Assembly: GCA_951406725.2 (NCBI GenBank)
Contig: OX597839.1
Coordinates: 33,294,001 to 33,358,000, forward strand
Direction of reading: 5' to 3'
DNA: 64,000 nt
Source: Octopus vulgaris
Lineage: Eukaryota
The notes below the pieces were generated by a model. It saw nothing but the letters and a program-made list of their open reading frames with translations, ran no database searches and was not told the origin of the DNA. This document shows, one piece after another, positions 25,013 to 37,286 of this stretch (its first letter is position 1; the number at the start of each line of letters is the position of its first letter). A program made the position numbers and the translations under genes.

Positions 25013-25604
25013 GTGGTTAGGGCAGCGGACTCGCGGTTTCGATTCCCAGACCGGGCGTTATGAGTGTTTATTGAGCGAAAACACCTAAAAGTTCCACGAG
25101 GCTCCGGCAGGGGATGGTGGTGATCACTCTTACTTCCTGTTTCTGTTGTACCTGTATTTCAAAGGGCCGGCCTTGTCACTCTCTGTGTCACGCTGAATAT
25201 CCCCGAGAACTACGTTAAGGGTGCACGTGTCTGTGGAGTGCTCAGCCACTTACACGTTAATTTCACGAGCAGGCTGTTCCGTTGATTCGGATCAACCGGA
25301 ACCCTCGTCGTCGTAACCGACGGAGTGCTTCCATCCGAGGCTCCGGCAGGGGATGGTGGTGATCCCTGCTGTACTCCTTCACCACAACTTTTTCTCACTC
25401 TTACCTCCTGTTTCTGTTGTACCTGTATTTCAAAGGGCCGGCCTTGTCACTCTCTGTGTCACGCTGAATATCCCCGAGAACTACGTTAAGGGTGCACGTG
25501 TCTGTGGAGTGCTCAGCCACTTACACGTTAATTTCACGAGCAGGCTGTTCCGTTGATTCGGATCAACCGGAACCCTCGTCGTCGTAACCGACGGAGTGCT
25601 TCCA
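25013..25604 (+). mobile_element. SINE-A, two partly duplicated copies in tandem
   Basis: The body from CGAGGCTCCGGCAGG to GGAGTGCTTCCA is repeated. Confidence 0.85.
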
Positions 25605-26363
25605 CTAGAGGTTGAGAAACCAACTAAGGGATAGTACCTACCCAATATACTGCTGGTAGTGTACCCAATTATTAATACCCTGGCTCTCCGCCAGTTACGA
25701 AGAGGAGAGTTCAAGTTAATCCAATCAAAGGAACAGTCTGCTATTGAAGTTAACGTGTGCCAGTGCTTGAGTACTCCACAGACATTCGTACCCTTAACGT
25801 AGTACCCTGGGAGATTCAGCGTGACACAGAATGTGACATCGTAAAGATTATTAATTAGCACATCCGTCATATTCAGGACACGTTTGTTTATAACGCCCTT
25901 GTGGGTAATAAAGAAATAGGTACTTAGCCTCGGTGGATCAGCCACACACAAAATTTTAAAATATATGACAAGCCATTATGTTTATACATCAAACCCCATT
26001 TATTGCATCTCATTAGAATTGACAAGTTATACATACGTTGAAATGTAAAATGCAAAAATCAAAAATATCTCTAATAAACATTAGATTCCAATATATACAT
26101 AAACAGATTTTGAAATGCATAAATAAGAAACGTTAAACGTAAAAATGCAAAATGGCCGCTCTATTTGTGTTATTCTTTTCTTTGCTGTGAGCATGCGCAG
26201 AAATATACCCGCTGTGTAAATTTTTAGTGTTTCTTTGCATGGATGTTATGTATGTGTTCATCGATGCGAACAACTATCGCTCAAAAATTTCTCCAATGAA
26301 AAATATTTCCAATTTCAGGTTGAAAATGCTTCGTATGCTCGAAAACATTTACTTATTCATTCA

Positions 26364-26633
26364 CTAGCAGTATCGCCCGGCGTTGCTCGGGGTTTCTTTC
26401 GACCCTTTAGAATACTCTTTTACTCTTTTACTTGTTTCAGTCATTTGACTGCGGCCATGCTGGAGCACCGCCTTAAATCGAGCAACTCGAACCCGGGACT
26501 TATTCTTTTGTAAGCCCAGTACTTATTCTATCGGTCTCTTTTGCCGAACCGCTAAGAAACGGGGGCATAAACACACCAGCATCGGTTGTCAAGCAATGCT
26601 AGGGAGACAATCACAGACACACAAACACACACA

Positions 26634-26685
<52 letters not shown>

Positions 26686-26897
26686 TACGACGGGCTTCTT
26701 TCAGTTTCCGTCTACCAAATCCACTCACAAGGCTTTGGTCGTCCTGAGGCTATAGCAGAAGACACTTGCCCAAGGTGCCACGCAGTGGGACTGAATCCGG
26801 AACCATGTGGTTGGTTAGCAAGCTACTTACCACACAGCCACTCCTGCGCCTCGGAATTTTCGAAAAGTAAAAATTTTGCATTATGTAGCTTGTTATT
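26364..26897 (-). mobile_element. Helitron 3' end fragment interrupted by a full SINE-B (26414-26849, minus)
   Basis: CTAGCAGTATCGCCCGGCGTTGCTCGGG is the same terminal hairpin as in the Helitron at 14902-15292. Confidence 0.7.
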
Positions 26898-27100
26898 CAC
26901 CACCGGGAATCGAACTCAAAACGTTATGATCGTGAGCCGAATACCCTAACCACTAAGCCACGCAGCATCCTTTTTAGTTAATATATTTTTCTAAGGACAC
27001 GATGATGACCCCTAGCAAGGGGACCCGAAGTAATTATCTTTTCTTGGTTCCTTATAAATCCGCCACTGGTTGTAGATGATTCTGACGTTGAATAAATATT

Positions 27101-27820
27101 TATTTCTTTATTGCCCACAGTGGGGGCTAAACATAGAGGGGACAAACAAGGACAGACAAACGGATTAAGTCGATTATATCAACCCCAGTGCGTAACTGGT
27201 ACTTATTTAATCAACCCCGAAAGGATGAAAGGCAAAGTCGACCTCGGCGGAATTTGAACCAAGAACGTAGCGGCAGACGAAATACCTATTTCTTTATTAC
27301 CCACAAGGGGCTAAACACAGAGGGGACAAAGGGATTAAGTCGATTACATCGACCCCAGTGCGTAACTGGTACTTAATTTATCGACCCCGAAAGGATGAAA
27401 GGCAAAGTCGATCTCGGCGGAATTTGAACTCAGAACGTAGCGGCAGACGAAATACCTATTTCTTTATTACCCACAAGGGGCTAAACACAGAGGGGACAAA
27501 GGGATTAAGTCGATTACATCGACCCCAGTGCGTAACTGGTACTTAATTTATCAACCCCGAAAGGATGAAAGGCAAAGTCGATCTCGGCGGAATTTGAACT
27601 CAGAACGTAGCGGCAGACGAAATACCTATTTCTTTATTACCCACAAGGGGCTAAACACAGAGGGGACAAACAAGGACAGACATAGGTATTAAGTCTATTA
27701 CATCGACCCAAGTGCGTAACTGGTACTTATTTAATCGACCCAGAAAGGATGAAAGGCAAAGTCGACCTCAGCAGAATTTGAACTCAGAACGTAAAGAGAG
27801 ACGAAATACTGCTAAACATT
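27101..27820 (-). repeat. SINE-C tandem array, 4 units (two carry the same 14-bp deletion, 170 bp each)
   Basis: Same junction as the other arrays; the head is truncated by a SINE-B 3' half (27822-28060). Confidence 0.9.
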
Positions 27821-28297
27821 CGTATATATGTATGTGTGTGTGTTTGTGTGTGTGTGTCTGTGTTTGTCCCCCTAGCATTGCTTGACAACCGATGCTGGTG
27901 TGTTTACGTCCCCGTCACTTAGCGGTTCGGCAAAAGAGACCGATAGAATAAGTATTGGGCTTACAAAGAATAAGTCCCGGGGTCGATTTGCTCGACTAAA
28001 GACGGTGCTCCAGCACGGCCGCAGTGTCAAATGACTGAAACAAGTAAAAGAGTAAAAGAGTATAGTCATGGACTTGAAGACGGACAGATTGGGAGCATAT
28101 TTGTAGGAGAAGAGCATATATCATTGATGAGGTCGCGATTGGCAACGAAAGGACTAAACTAATTGATTGTTTAACTCACTGATTAAACGAGGGATCAATT
28201 AATTAGTTGGTCAGTTCATTGACCAATTCAGGTCAGGCGTGGGAGCGTGCGTTGCGCAACGCATGTCTGCATTCACAATTTTTCGGTTTACTCCCAG

Positions 28298-28440
28298 GTC
28301 CTCCCCGGGTAACCCGGCGAGTCCCCGTCCTGGTCAGACCCCATCTCCGCCAGATATCTCCTCATCTGTCATGGCCATGTGACATGTGGTCGACCAACGC
28401 GAACCGTTAAGCCAGCGGGATCCTCATTTGACAGAACACG
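28298..28440 (+). CDS. Candidate exon; best frame encodes a C-terminus SSPGNPASPRPGQTPSPPDISSSVMAM* (stop 28380-28382)
   Basis: GC-rich unique island; acceptor TTTTTCGGTTTACTCCCAG, donor ACG|GTAAGC; S/T-P-rich peptide. All three frames close inside the exon. Confidence 0.4.
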
Positions 28441-29379
28441 GTAAGCGGTGTTTTTAATTCGGTAAATCGAATAACATGGCCAACCAGTCTGAACTGCTGC
28501 TCCTAAACCATACAAGTAACAGGACACATTCCGATTTCTGAGCAGGATCGTCATGGGTTATCAACCAACTGACTAATAATAATAAAGAAGTGAAATTGAA
28601 CCAGTGCGTGTGTTTATTATTGACGCAATGAACCTCCCAAGATAACAAAATTTGTTTCAACCCAAGACGAGTTCGCATGAAGAATTTTGCAAAGCAAATA
28701 TTGCTTTGGCTTAAATATTTAAAGGCGGATTTAATTAGAAAGAAAAACAAATTTTACTTTGGAGAATCAAAGATAATATTTTTAATATCAATTTACGCAT
28801 GGGAAAGAAAACAAATGAATTATGATGATGTATCCACGAAGATAATCTTATTATCGACGAACGCTACTTAATTAAGTTCAGATTAAATGCAGCTTAGCAA
28901 TGAAAAGGTAAAGAAAATATAAGATTTCGGGGGGGGGGGGGGGCGAGGCGGGGGGGGAATCAAGAGAATTTTCTGGTGGATTTACTGTATTTTGTTTTCT
29001 TGTTTTGTATACGGGTTCTTTTTTTCCACGGCTTATCCCACTGTTCTTATAATTCGCGAAATGGTGAGAGCTGAAACGTTCGATATCAGATCAAAAACCT
29101 CAAAGGAGATAAAAAAGAAAAAAATGGGTGGGGGTGAAGTGGGGGTGGGGGCAGGGGGGTTGAATGCTTTCGAAGAATTTGTATAAATCTTGCAAAACTG
29201 GTTTGGATGTAAGTCCCCCCGAAAGTACTTTAGTAAGATTACAGTGAAACAGTGTACAAATAAGTAGCGATCCTTCCCCGTTGTATCGGAATCGATAAAA
29301 TTAATTTCGTATCGATGATTGCATTCTCAGAATCCGTGTATTGATTTAGGGGTTGTGAGGTGGAGGGGGGACATGATTG

Positions 29380-29715
29380 GCACTCTGTCGATTACGACCA
29401 CGAGTGTTCCAGTTAATCCAGTTAATCCAATCAACGGAACAGCCTACGAGCGAAATTAACGTGCAAGTGGCTGAGTGCTTCGCGGACATGTGCGCCCTCG
29501 AAGTGTAGTTCTCAAGGAGGCTCGGCGTGACACCGAATGCGACAAAGTCGGCCATTTTGAAAAACAGGTACAACCCGATTTTTGCCAACTGAGTGGAATG
29601 GAGCAACGGGAAAATAAAGTGTCCCGCTCAAGGACACGATGCACTACAAGGAATCGAACTCACAACGTTCCGATCGTGAGCCAAATGCTCAAACCATTAA
29701 ACCACGTGACCTCTA
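29380..29715 (-). mobile_element. Old SINE-A-related copy
   Basis: CAACGGAACAGCC...AAATTAACGTGCAAGTGGCTGAG body; B box GGAATCGAACTC. Confidence 0.7.
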
Positions 29716-29767
29716 CAGTGAAACAGCGTTCAAATGAGCACCAACCACTACTATTGGTTCCCATATA

Positions 29768-30151
29768 GGCGTAAGAGTGGCTGTGTGGTAAGTAGCTTGC
29801 TTACCAACCACATAGTCCCGGGTTCAGTCCCACTGCGTGGCACCTTGGGCAAGTGTCTTCTACTATAGCCTCGGGCCGACCAAAACCTTGTGAGTGGATT
29901 TGGTAGACGGAAACTGAAAGAAGCCTGTCGTATATATGTATATGCGTGTGTGTGTCTGTGTTTGTCCCCCTAGCATTGCTTAACAACCGATGCTGGTGTG
30001 TTTACGTCCCCGTCACTTAGCGGTTCGGCAAAAGAGTCCGATAGAATAAGTACTAGGCTTACAAAAGAATAAGTCCCGGGGTCGAGTTGCTCGATTAAAG
30101 GTGGTGCTCCAGCATGGCCGCAGTCAAATGACTGAAACAAGTAAAAGAGTA
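29768..30151 (+). mobile_element. SINE family B, full length
   Basis: High identity to the consensus. Confidence 0.9.
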
Positions 30152-30477
30152 ATATTTCATATCGATCATTGCATCCGCGGAATCCGTATAATAATTTAGG
30201 TGGCGTGGTGGAGGAAAGGGGGGAGTTAATGGGGAGTACTTAATAACAAAGAGGTATCAGATGCAAGTGTAGCTGTGTATGTTGGTTAATAGGGGTCACT
30301 TGGTTACCAGGTGATCCTGGGTTCGATCACGTTGCGTGCCATCTTGGGTGACTAGGGCTTGTAACTCAGTAGCTTCGGATTATCCAATGCATTGCCAGTG
30401 TATATGGATAGACGGAAACAGTACGGAAGCCTGGTGAGTATGTATGTATGTATACACATGCTGGAGCACCGCCTTTA

Positions 30478-30646
30478 GAGTGGTGAAAGAGTACAGCAGG
30501 GATCACCACCACCCCCTGCCGGAGCCTCGTGGAGCTTTTAGGTGTTTTTCGCTCAATAAACACACACAACGCCCGGTCTGGGAATCGAAACCGCGATCCT
30601 CCGACCGCAAGTCCGCTGCCCTAACCACTGGGCCATTGCGCCTCCA
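30478..30646 (-). mobile_element. SINE-A 5' half
   Basis: Reverse complement of the A head. Confidence 0.85.
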
Positions 30647-31390
30647 CGTATGTATGTATGTATACACACACATTTACTCATACACACACATATTCCGTGC
30701 TTTCCGACTATATGGTTCCGGGTTCAGTCCCACTGCGTGGCACCTTGGACAAGTGTCTTCTACTATAGCCTCGGGTCGCTCAAAGCCTTCTGAGTGGATT
30801 TCGTAGACGGAATATTGACAAATTAAATCCTCAACTTCTGAATAAAGTTCCTATTACACACAAACACACACAGGTGATTATAACTATTTGTCCTTTTCCT
30901 TTGCAGTTCCACACACACACACACGTACACACACAAATTAAATATTTATTCTGGTTAGTCTATCAGCAGAACGGCTGAACGTCTTGACAATGGCGACATT
31001 TCAGGTGTAAAAAAAGCCGGTGATATCGTTTGAAATTTCATCTAATTAGATTGTGTCAGGCATCCATCCAGCTGACTGGTTTTCATCGGAAACTATTTTA
31101 TAAATTACACTCTGTCGTACGATGTTACAAGAGTGACATCTAGTGAGGACTTTCGAGAAATTTTCATTAAACAAGAAATGTAGCCAGCAGGCCGGAAGGC
31201 CATTTTGCAGATGATAGTTTTCAAGTGGACACAGTTTTACAATTCATATCGATTTTTTGGTTTTACGATTTGTTCTTATAGACATGGCTGTGTGGTGAAG
31301 AAATTCGCTCTCAAACTACTTGGTAACGGGTTCAGTTCCACTGTGCAGTACCTCTGGGCAAGTGTCTTTTACTATAGGACCGGGTCAACC

Positions 31391-31680
<290 letters not shown>

Positions 31681-31778
31681 TATATATATATATATATTAA
31701 TAAATAAATAAAACATATGCATATATACATACATATATGTACGTACCTACCTCTATATGTATATATACATGCATATAT

Positions 31779-32355
31779 GGGTACAGGACACCAAAAAAAA
31801 AACGTCGAACACAATGAGAAACGAAAACATAAACACAAAACCAAGGAAATGGACATTTTTCTTAAACAACGAAAAAATAGAGTAGCGGACATACAAAACA
31901 AGGAAAATTCCCCTTCTTCAGTCGCCTTAATTTCATCTACATATATATATATGGTTAATCCAAACAAGAAAGCACAAAAAAAAACACAACAAAGCGAGGA
32001 CGTGGAACAAATATAGTATTATTGGACGCTCAGGAAAGAAGGAGGGTTTAACGTTTCGAGCGGAGCTCTTCGTCGGAAACATAGGTGAAGGAAAGATCCA
32101 GAGAAGGGAAGACAGAGGAAAAAATCGCCAACGGTACACACGCGGTCACATTTTGAATATATATATATATATATGTATGTATGTATGTATATCGTCTGTA
32201 GAAATACATAAATCCGGGGGAGGCACCGCAGAGTAGATAAAACAGGGGACAACTGATGAAGGGATTGTTCTTTATGTTGCCTGTCTCGTTTCTCTATTTG
32301 TTTCTTTCGTTGTTCGAAAAAAAAGGCCATTTTCCATGTTTTTGTTTTTTAATGT
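31779..32355. mobile_element. Cluster of three Penelope-like fragments in (TA)n (P3 31779-31940, P1 31953-32149, P3-like 32205-32355)
   Basis: P1 is shared with 8312 and 14680; P3 is shared with 49509-49656 (GGGTACAGGAC..., CTGA(A/T)GAAGGG). Confidence 0.6.
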
Positions 32356-32433
32356 TCTATCTATATGATACAGAATTATGATACAGAAGATAGTGTTAGT
32401 AGGCACTGCACACACAATATAGACAAATAGATG

Positions 32434-32598
32434 GGCGCAGGAGTGGCTGTGTGGTAAGTAGCTTGCTAACCAACCACATGGTTCCGGGTTCAGTCCCACT
32501 GCGTGGCATCTTGGGCAAGTGTCTTCTACTATAGCCCTGGGCCGACCAATGCCTTGTGAGTGGATTTGGTAGACGGAAACTGAAAGAAGCCTGTCGTA

Positions 32599-32677
<79 letters not shown>

Positions 32678-32900
32678 TTGTGTGTCTGTGTTTGTCCCCC
32701 TAGCATTGCTTGACAACCGATGCTGGTGTGTTTACGTCCCTGTCACCTAGCGGTTCGGCAAAAAGAGACCGATAGAATAAGTACTGGGCTTACAAAGAAT
32801 AAGTCCCGGGGTCGATTTGCTCGACCAAAGGCGGTGCTCCAGCATGGCCGCAGTCAAATGACTGAAACAAGTAAAAAGAATAAAAAAGAGAAAAAAGAAA
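32434..32900 (+). mobile_element. SINE family B, full length
   Basis: High identity to the consensus. Confidence 0.9.
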
Positions 32901-33299
32901 AATACGAAGTAAAACATGGCACGTACACAAGGCAGAGTTTCGTTCCGTCTTGTGTAAATATGTTCGGATTAAATTCACAAGAAGTGTACGCATCTAGATT
33001 ACATCGCGATGTAGATTGAATCCACTGAATATCTATCGAACTCATCCTCTCATTTCTTTAGGGGATCAAGTTATTTCCCTACATCCCACCACATTCCTTT
33101 ACTGTGTTTAAGTATTTATTGTATCGATCTGAGAACTTTAATCAGTTGTCTTCGTTTGTCAGCCTCCGTTTGGGAATCCTGAAATTTGTAAAGCTAATTT
33201 AGCTGAGATATTTTAGTAGCAGACGACAAGGAGAGGACGCCATTATCACGATTTATCGGATGGCTGTTTATTTGCCGTTTATTATTTTTTTTAGGAATA

Positions 33300-33793
33300 G
33301 ATTATATGCTGTGTTTTAGGTTCAAAAGATGGAGGAGAAAGAACGAAAGATACAAGGAAGACGAAAAGGAAGAAGATGAAGAAATAATGAATTGAGAGGA
33401 AGAAGATTTTATGCTGTGTTTTAAGGTCAAAAGATGAAGGAGATAGAACGATAGAAGAGGAAGAAGATGAAGAAATAATGAATTGAAAGGAAGAAGAGGG
33501 AAGGAAAAATAGAAAGATGAGAAAAAAAGAGGAATAATTGGAGAAGAGGAAAGAAGGAAAATAAGAGAACAATGACAATGAAGACGACGACGAATTAAAG
33601 AACGATTTAGATGAAGGAGAAAGAAGGATACATAGAGGGAAATAGATGGATGAGAAAGAAAAAAGGGAAATGAAATAGAAGAACAATAAGAGGAGGATGA
33701 AAATGAGCAAGGTAAAAATAATGAAGAAAACGGAGAAAAGAAAAATAGAGTATGAATAAGGTGAAGGAGAAAGAAAGATAGAAAGAAGAGAAG

Positions 33794-33826
<33 letters not shown>

Positions 33827-34620
33827 TAGAAGAAGAAGAAGAAGAAGGAATAATAGAAGAAATCGAAAAAGCATAAAAATAATAATGATGATAAGAAGAA
33901 GAAGAAGAATGAAGGAAAGAAGAAGAGGGAGGATGAGGACGACGAGAAGAAGAAGAGGAAGAAGAAGAAAGGAAGGAAGGAAAGAAATAGAAAAGAACAA
34001 TGAAAATGAATAAGGTAACGATAAAGAAGAAGAAAAATGAAGTAAAAAAATAAGAGGAAGAGAAAGAAAAGAAGAATGAGAATGAGAAGAGAACGAGGGA
34101 AAATGAAGAAGGTAACAAAAATAATGAAGAAAGAAGAAGAAGGATAATTTGAAAAATGAGAAATAAGATGAAGATCAACTTAAAGCCTTTAATTTACTCA
34201 AAATGACATTTAAATTATCAAAATGGTAGAAAAATACAAAATGATGGTAAAAGTGGTGGCGGTGGTAGTGGTGGTGGTGGTGGTGGTGGTGGTGGTGGTA
34301 GTAGTAGCATTGGTGATAGTATTGATTGTGGTGGTGGTAGAGATACTATTCGTTGTGATGGCGATACATGTAGTGTAAGAGCAGCAGCAGCAGCAGTAGT
34401 GGTAGTATAGTAGAAGTAGTAGTTGAGGTGGTGGTGGTGGTAGTAGTATTGGTGATAGTATTGATTGTGGTGGTGGTAGGGAAGGCAATGGTAGTAGTGG
34501 TGGTGGTACAGGTGGTGGAGATACTATTCGTAGTGATGGCGATACATGTAGTGTAAGAGCAGTAGCAGCAGTAGTAGTAGTAGTAGTAGTTGAGGTGGTG
34601 GTGACGGTGGTAGTAGTATG
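33300..34620. repeat. GA-rich and GGT/AGT low-complexity tracts with local duplications
   Basis: TATGCTGTGTTTTA..AAAAGATG at ~33305 and ~33409; GATACTATTCGT.GTGATGGCGATACATGTAGTGTAAGAGC at ~34342 and ~34520. Confidence 0.85.
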
Positions 34621-34632
34621 GGTTGTTGGAAA

Positions 34633-36290
34633 GGCGGCGGCGAGCTGGCAGAAACGTTAGCATGGCGGGCGAAATGCTTAGCGGTATTTCGTCTGTCTTT
34701 ACGTTCTGAGTTCAAATTCCGCCGAGGTCGACTTTACCTTTCATCCTTTCGGGGTCGATAAATTAAGTACCAGTTACGCACTGGGGTCGATGTAATCGAC
34801 TTAATACCTTTGTCTGTCCTTGTTTGTCCCCTCTGTGTTTAGCCCCCTGTGGGTAGCAAAGAAATAGGTATTTCGTCTGTCGTTATATTCTGAGTTCAAA
34901 TTCCGCCGAGGTCGACTTTGCCTTTCATCCTTTCAGGATCGATAAATTAAGTACCAGTTACGCACTGGGGTCGATATAATCGACTTAATCCCTTTGTCTG
35001 TCCTTGTTTGTCCCCTCTGTGTTTAGCCCCTTGTGGGTAGTAAAGAAATAGGTGTTTCGTCTGCCGTTATATTCTGAGTTCAAATTCCTCCGAGGTCGAC
35101 TTTGCCTTTCATCCTTTCGAGGTCGATTAAAATAAATACCAGTTACGCACTGGGGTCGATATAATCGACTTAATCCCTTTGTCTGTCCTTGTTTGTCCCC
35201 TCTGTGTTTAGCCCCTTGTGGGTAGTAAAGAAATAGGTATTTCGTCTGTCGTTATATTCTGAGTTCAAATTCCTCCGAGGTCGACTTTGCCTTTCATCCT
35301 TTCGGGGTCGATTAAATTAAGTACCAGTTACGCACTGGGGTCGATGTAATCGACTTAATACCTATGTCTGTCCTTGTTTGTCCCCTCTGTGTTTAGCCCC
35401 TTGTGGGTAGTAAAGAAATAGAAATAGGTATTTCGTCTGCCGCTACGTTCTGAGTTCAAATTCCGCCGAGGTCGACTTTGCCTTTCATCCTTTCGAGGAT
35501 CGATTAAAATAAATACCAGTTACGCACTGGGGTCGATATAATCGACTTAATCCCTTTGACTGTCCTTGTTTGTCCCCTCTGTATTTAGCCCTTTGTGGGT
35601 AGTAAAGAAATAGGTATTTCGTCTGCCGCTACGTTCTGAGTTCAAATTCCGAAGAGGTCGACTTTGCCTTTGATCCTTTCGGCGTCGATTAAATAAATAC
35701 CAGTTACGCACTGGGGTAGATATAATCGACTTAATCCCTTTGTCTGTCCTTGTTTGTCCCCTCTGTGTTTAGCCCCTTGTGGGTAGTAAAGAAATAGGAA
35801 TTTCGTCTGCCGTTACGTTCTGAGTTCAAATTCCGCCGAGGTCGACTTTGCCTTTCATCCTTTCGGGGTCGATTAAATAAGCACTAGTTACGCACTGGGG
35901 TCGATGTAATCGACTTAATACCTATGTCTGTCCTTGTTTGTCCCCTCTGTGTTTAGCCCCTTGTGGGTAGTAAAGAAATAGAAATAGGTATTTCGTCTGC
36001 CGTTACGTTCTGAGTTCAAATTCCGCCGAGGTCGACTTTGCCTTTCATCCTTTCAGGATCGATAAATTAAGTACCAGTTACGCACTGGGGTCGATATAAT
36101 CGACTTAATCCCTTTGTCTGTCCTTGTTTGTCCCCTCTGTGTTTAGCCCTTTGTGGGTAGTAAAGAAATAGGTATTTCGTCTGCCGCTACGTTCTGAGTT
36201 CAAATTCCGCCTAGGTCGACTCTGCCTTTCATCCTTTTGGGGTCGATTAAATAAATACCAGTTACGCACTGGGGTAGATATAATCGATAT
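34633..36290 (+). repeat. SINE-C tandem array: one complete head + 9 units of 184-191 bp (last partial)
   Basis: Unit starts at 34683, 34867, 35051, 35236, 35427, 35613, 35797, 35987 and 36171. Confidence 0.95.
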
Positions 36291-36642
36291 AATCGCTACG
36301 GCACACGTGTCTGTGGAGTGCTCAGTCACTTGCACGTTAATTTCATGAGCAGGCTGTTCAACCGGGAGTATCATCGTCGCAACCGACGGAGTGCCACGAT
36401 AAACAACGGAAAAGTACAAATGTTTTGCATGATACATTTGTCTTCGACAGGTGTTTTGCTGCACTAAAGCCATTATTATTTGATATAATTTTGAAAGTAC
36501 ATTTGCAATGAATTCATATTAATTTAAAATGCGTGAGAGATTGGTACCTTGTCAGAAGAGAATTATGAATAAATGCATAAACACACACACACACACACAT
36601 GTATGTATATATGTATATATACACATACATAGATACATAGAT

Positions 36643-36714
<72 letters not shown>

Positions 36715-36715
<1 letters not shown>

Positions 36716-37015
36716 GGAGCAGGAGTGGCTGTGTGTTAAGTAGCTTGCTAACCAACCAAACCACATGGTTCCGGGTTCAGTCCCACTGCGTGGCATCTTG
36801 GGCAAGTGTCTTCTGCTATAGCCCCAGGCCGACCAAAGCCTTGTGAGTGGATTTGGTAGACGGAAACTGAAAGAAGCCTGTCGTATATATGTATGTATGT
36901 ATATATATATATGCACGTATAATATAAGAATAAATGTTTTTATATATATAACACAGACAAATATAAGCCTTCAATTTTCAGTCAGACACCGAGTCATCAT
37001 AGCAAATTTCGGCTG

Positions 37016-37047
<32 letters not shown>

Positions 37048-37260
37048 TTGTGTGTGTGTTTGTTCCCCTAGCATTGCTTGACAACCGATGCTGGTGTGTT
37101 TACGTCCCCGTCACCTAGCGGTTCGGCAAAAAGAGACCGATAGAATAAGTACTGGGCTTACAAAAAGAATAAGTCCCTGGGTTGATTTTGCTCGACTAAA
37201 GGCGGTGCTCCAGCATGGCCACAGTCAAATGACTGAAACAAGTAAAAGAGTAAAAGAGTA
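36715..37260 (+). mobile_element. SINE family B with an insertion in its internal (TA)n
   Basis: Head and tail match the consensus. Confidence 0.85.
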
Positions 37261-37286
37261 TATATATATATACATATATATATATA

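Noticed and set aside
34633-36290. CRISPR-like or tRNA-gene array
   Set aside because: Units are ~184-bp near-identical SINE bodies with no unique spacers, no cas genes and no complete cloverleaf.
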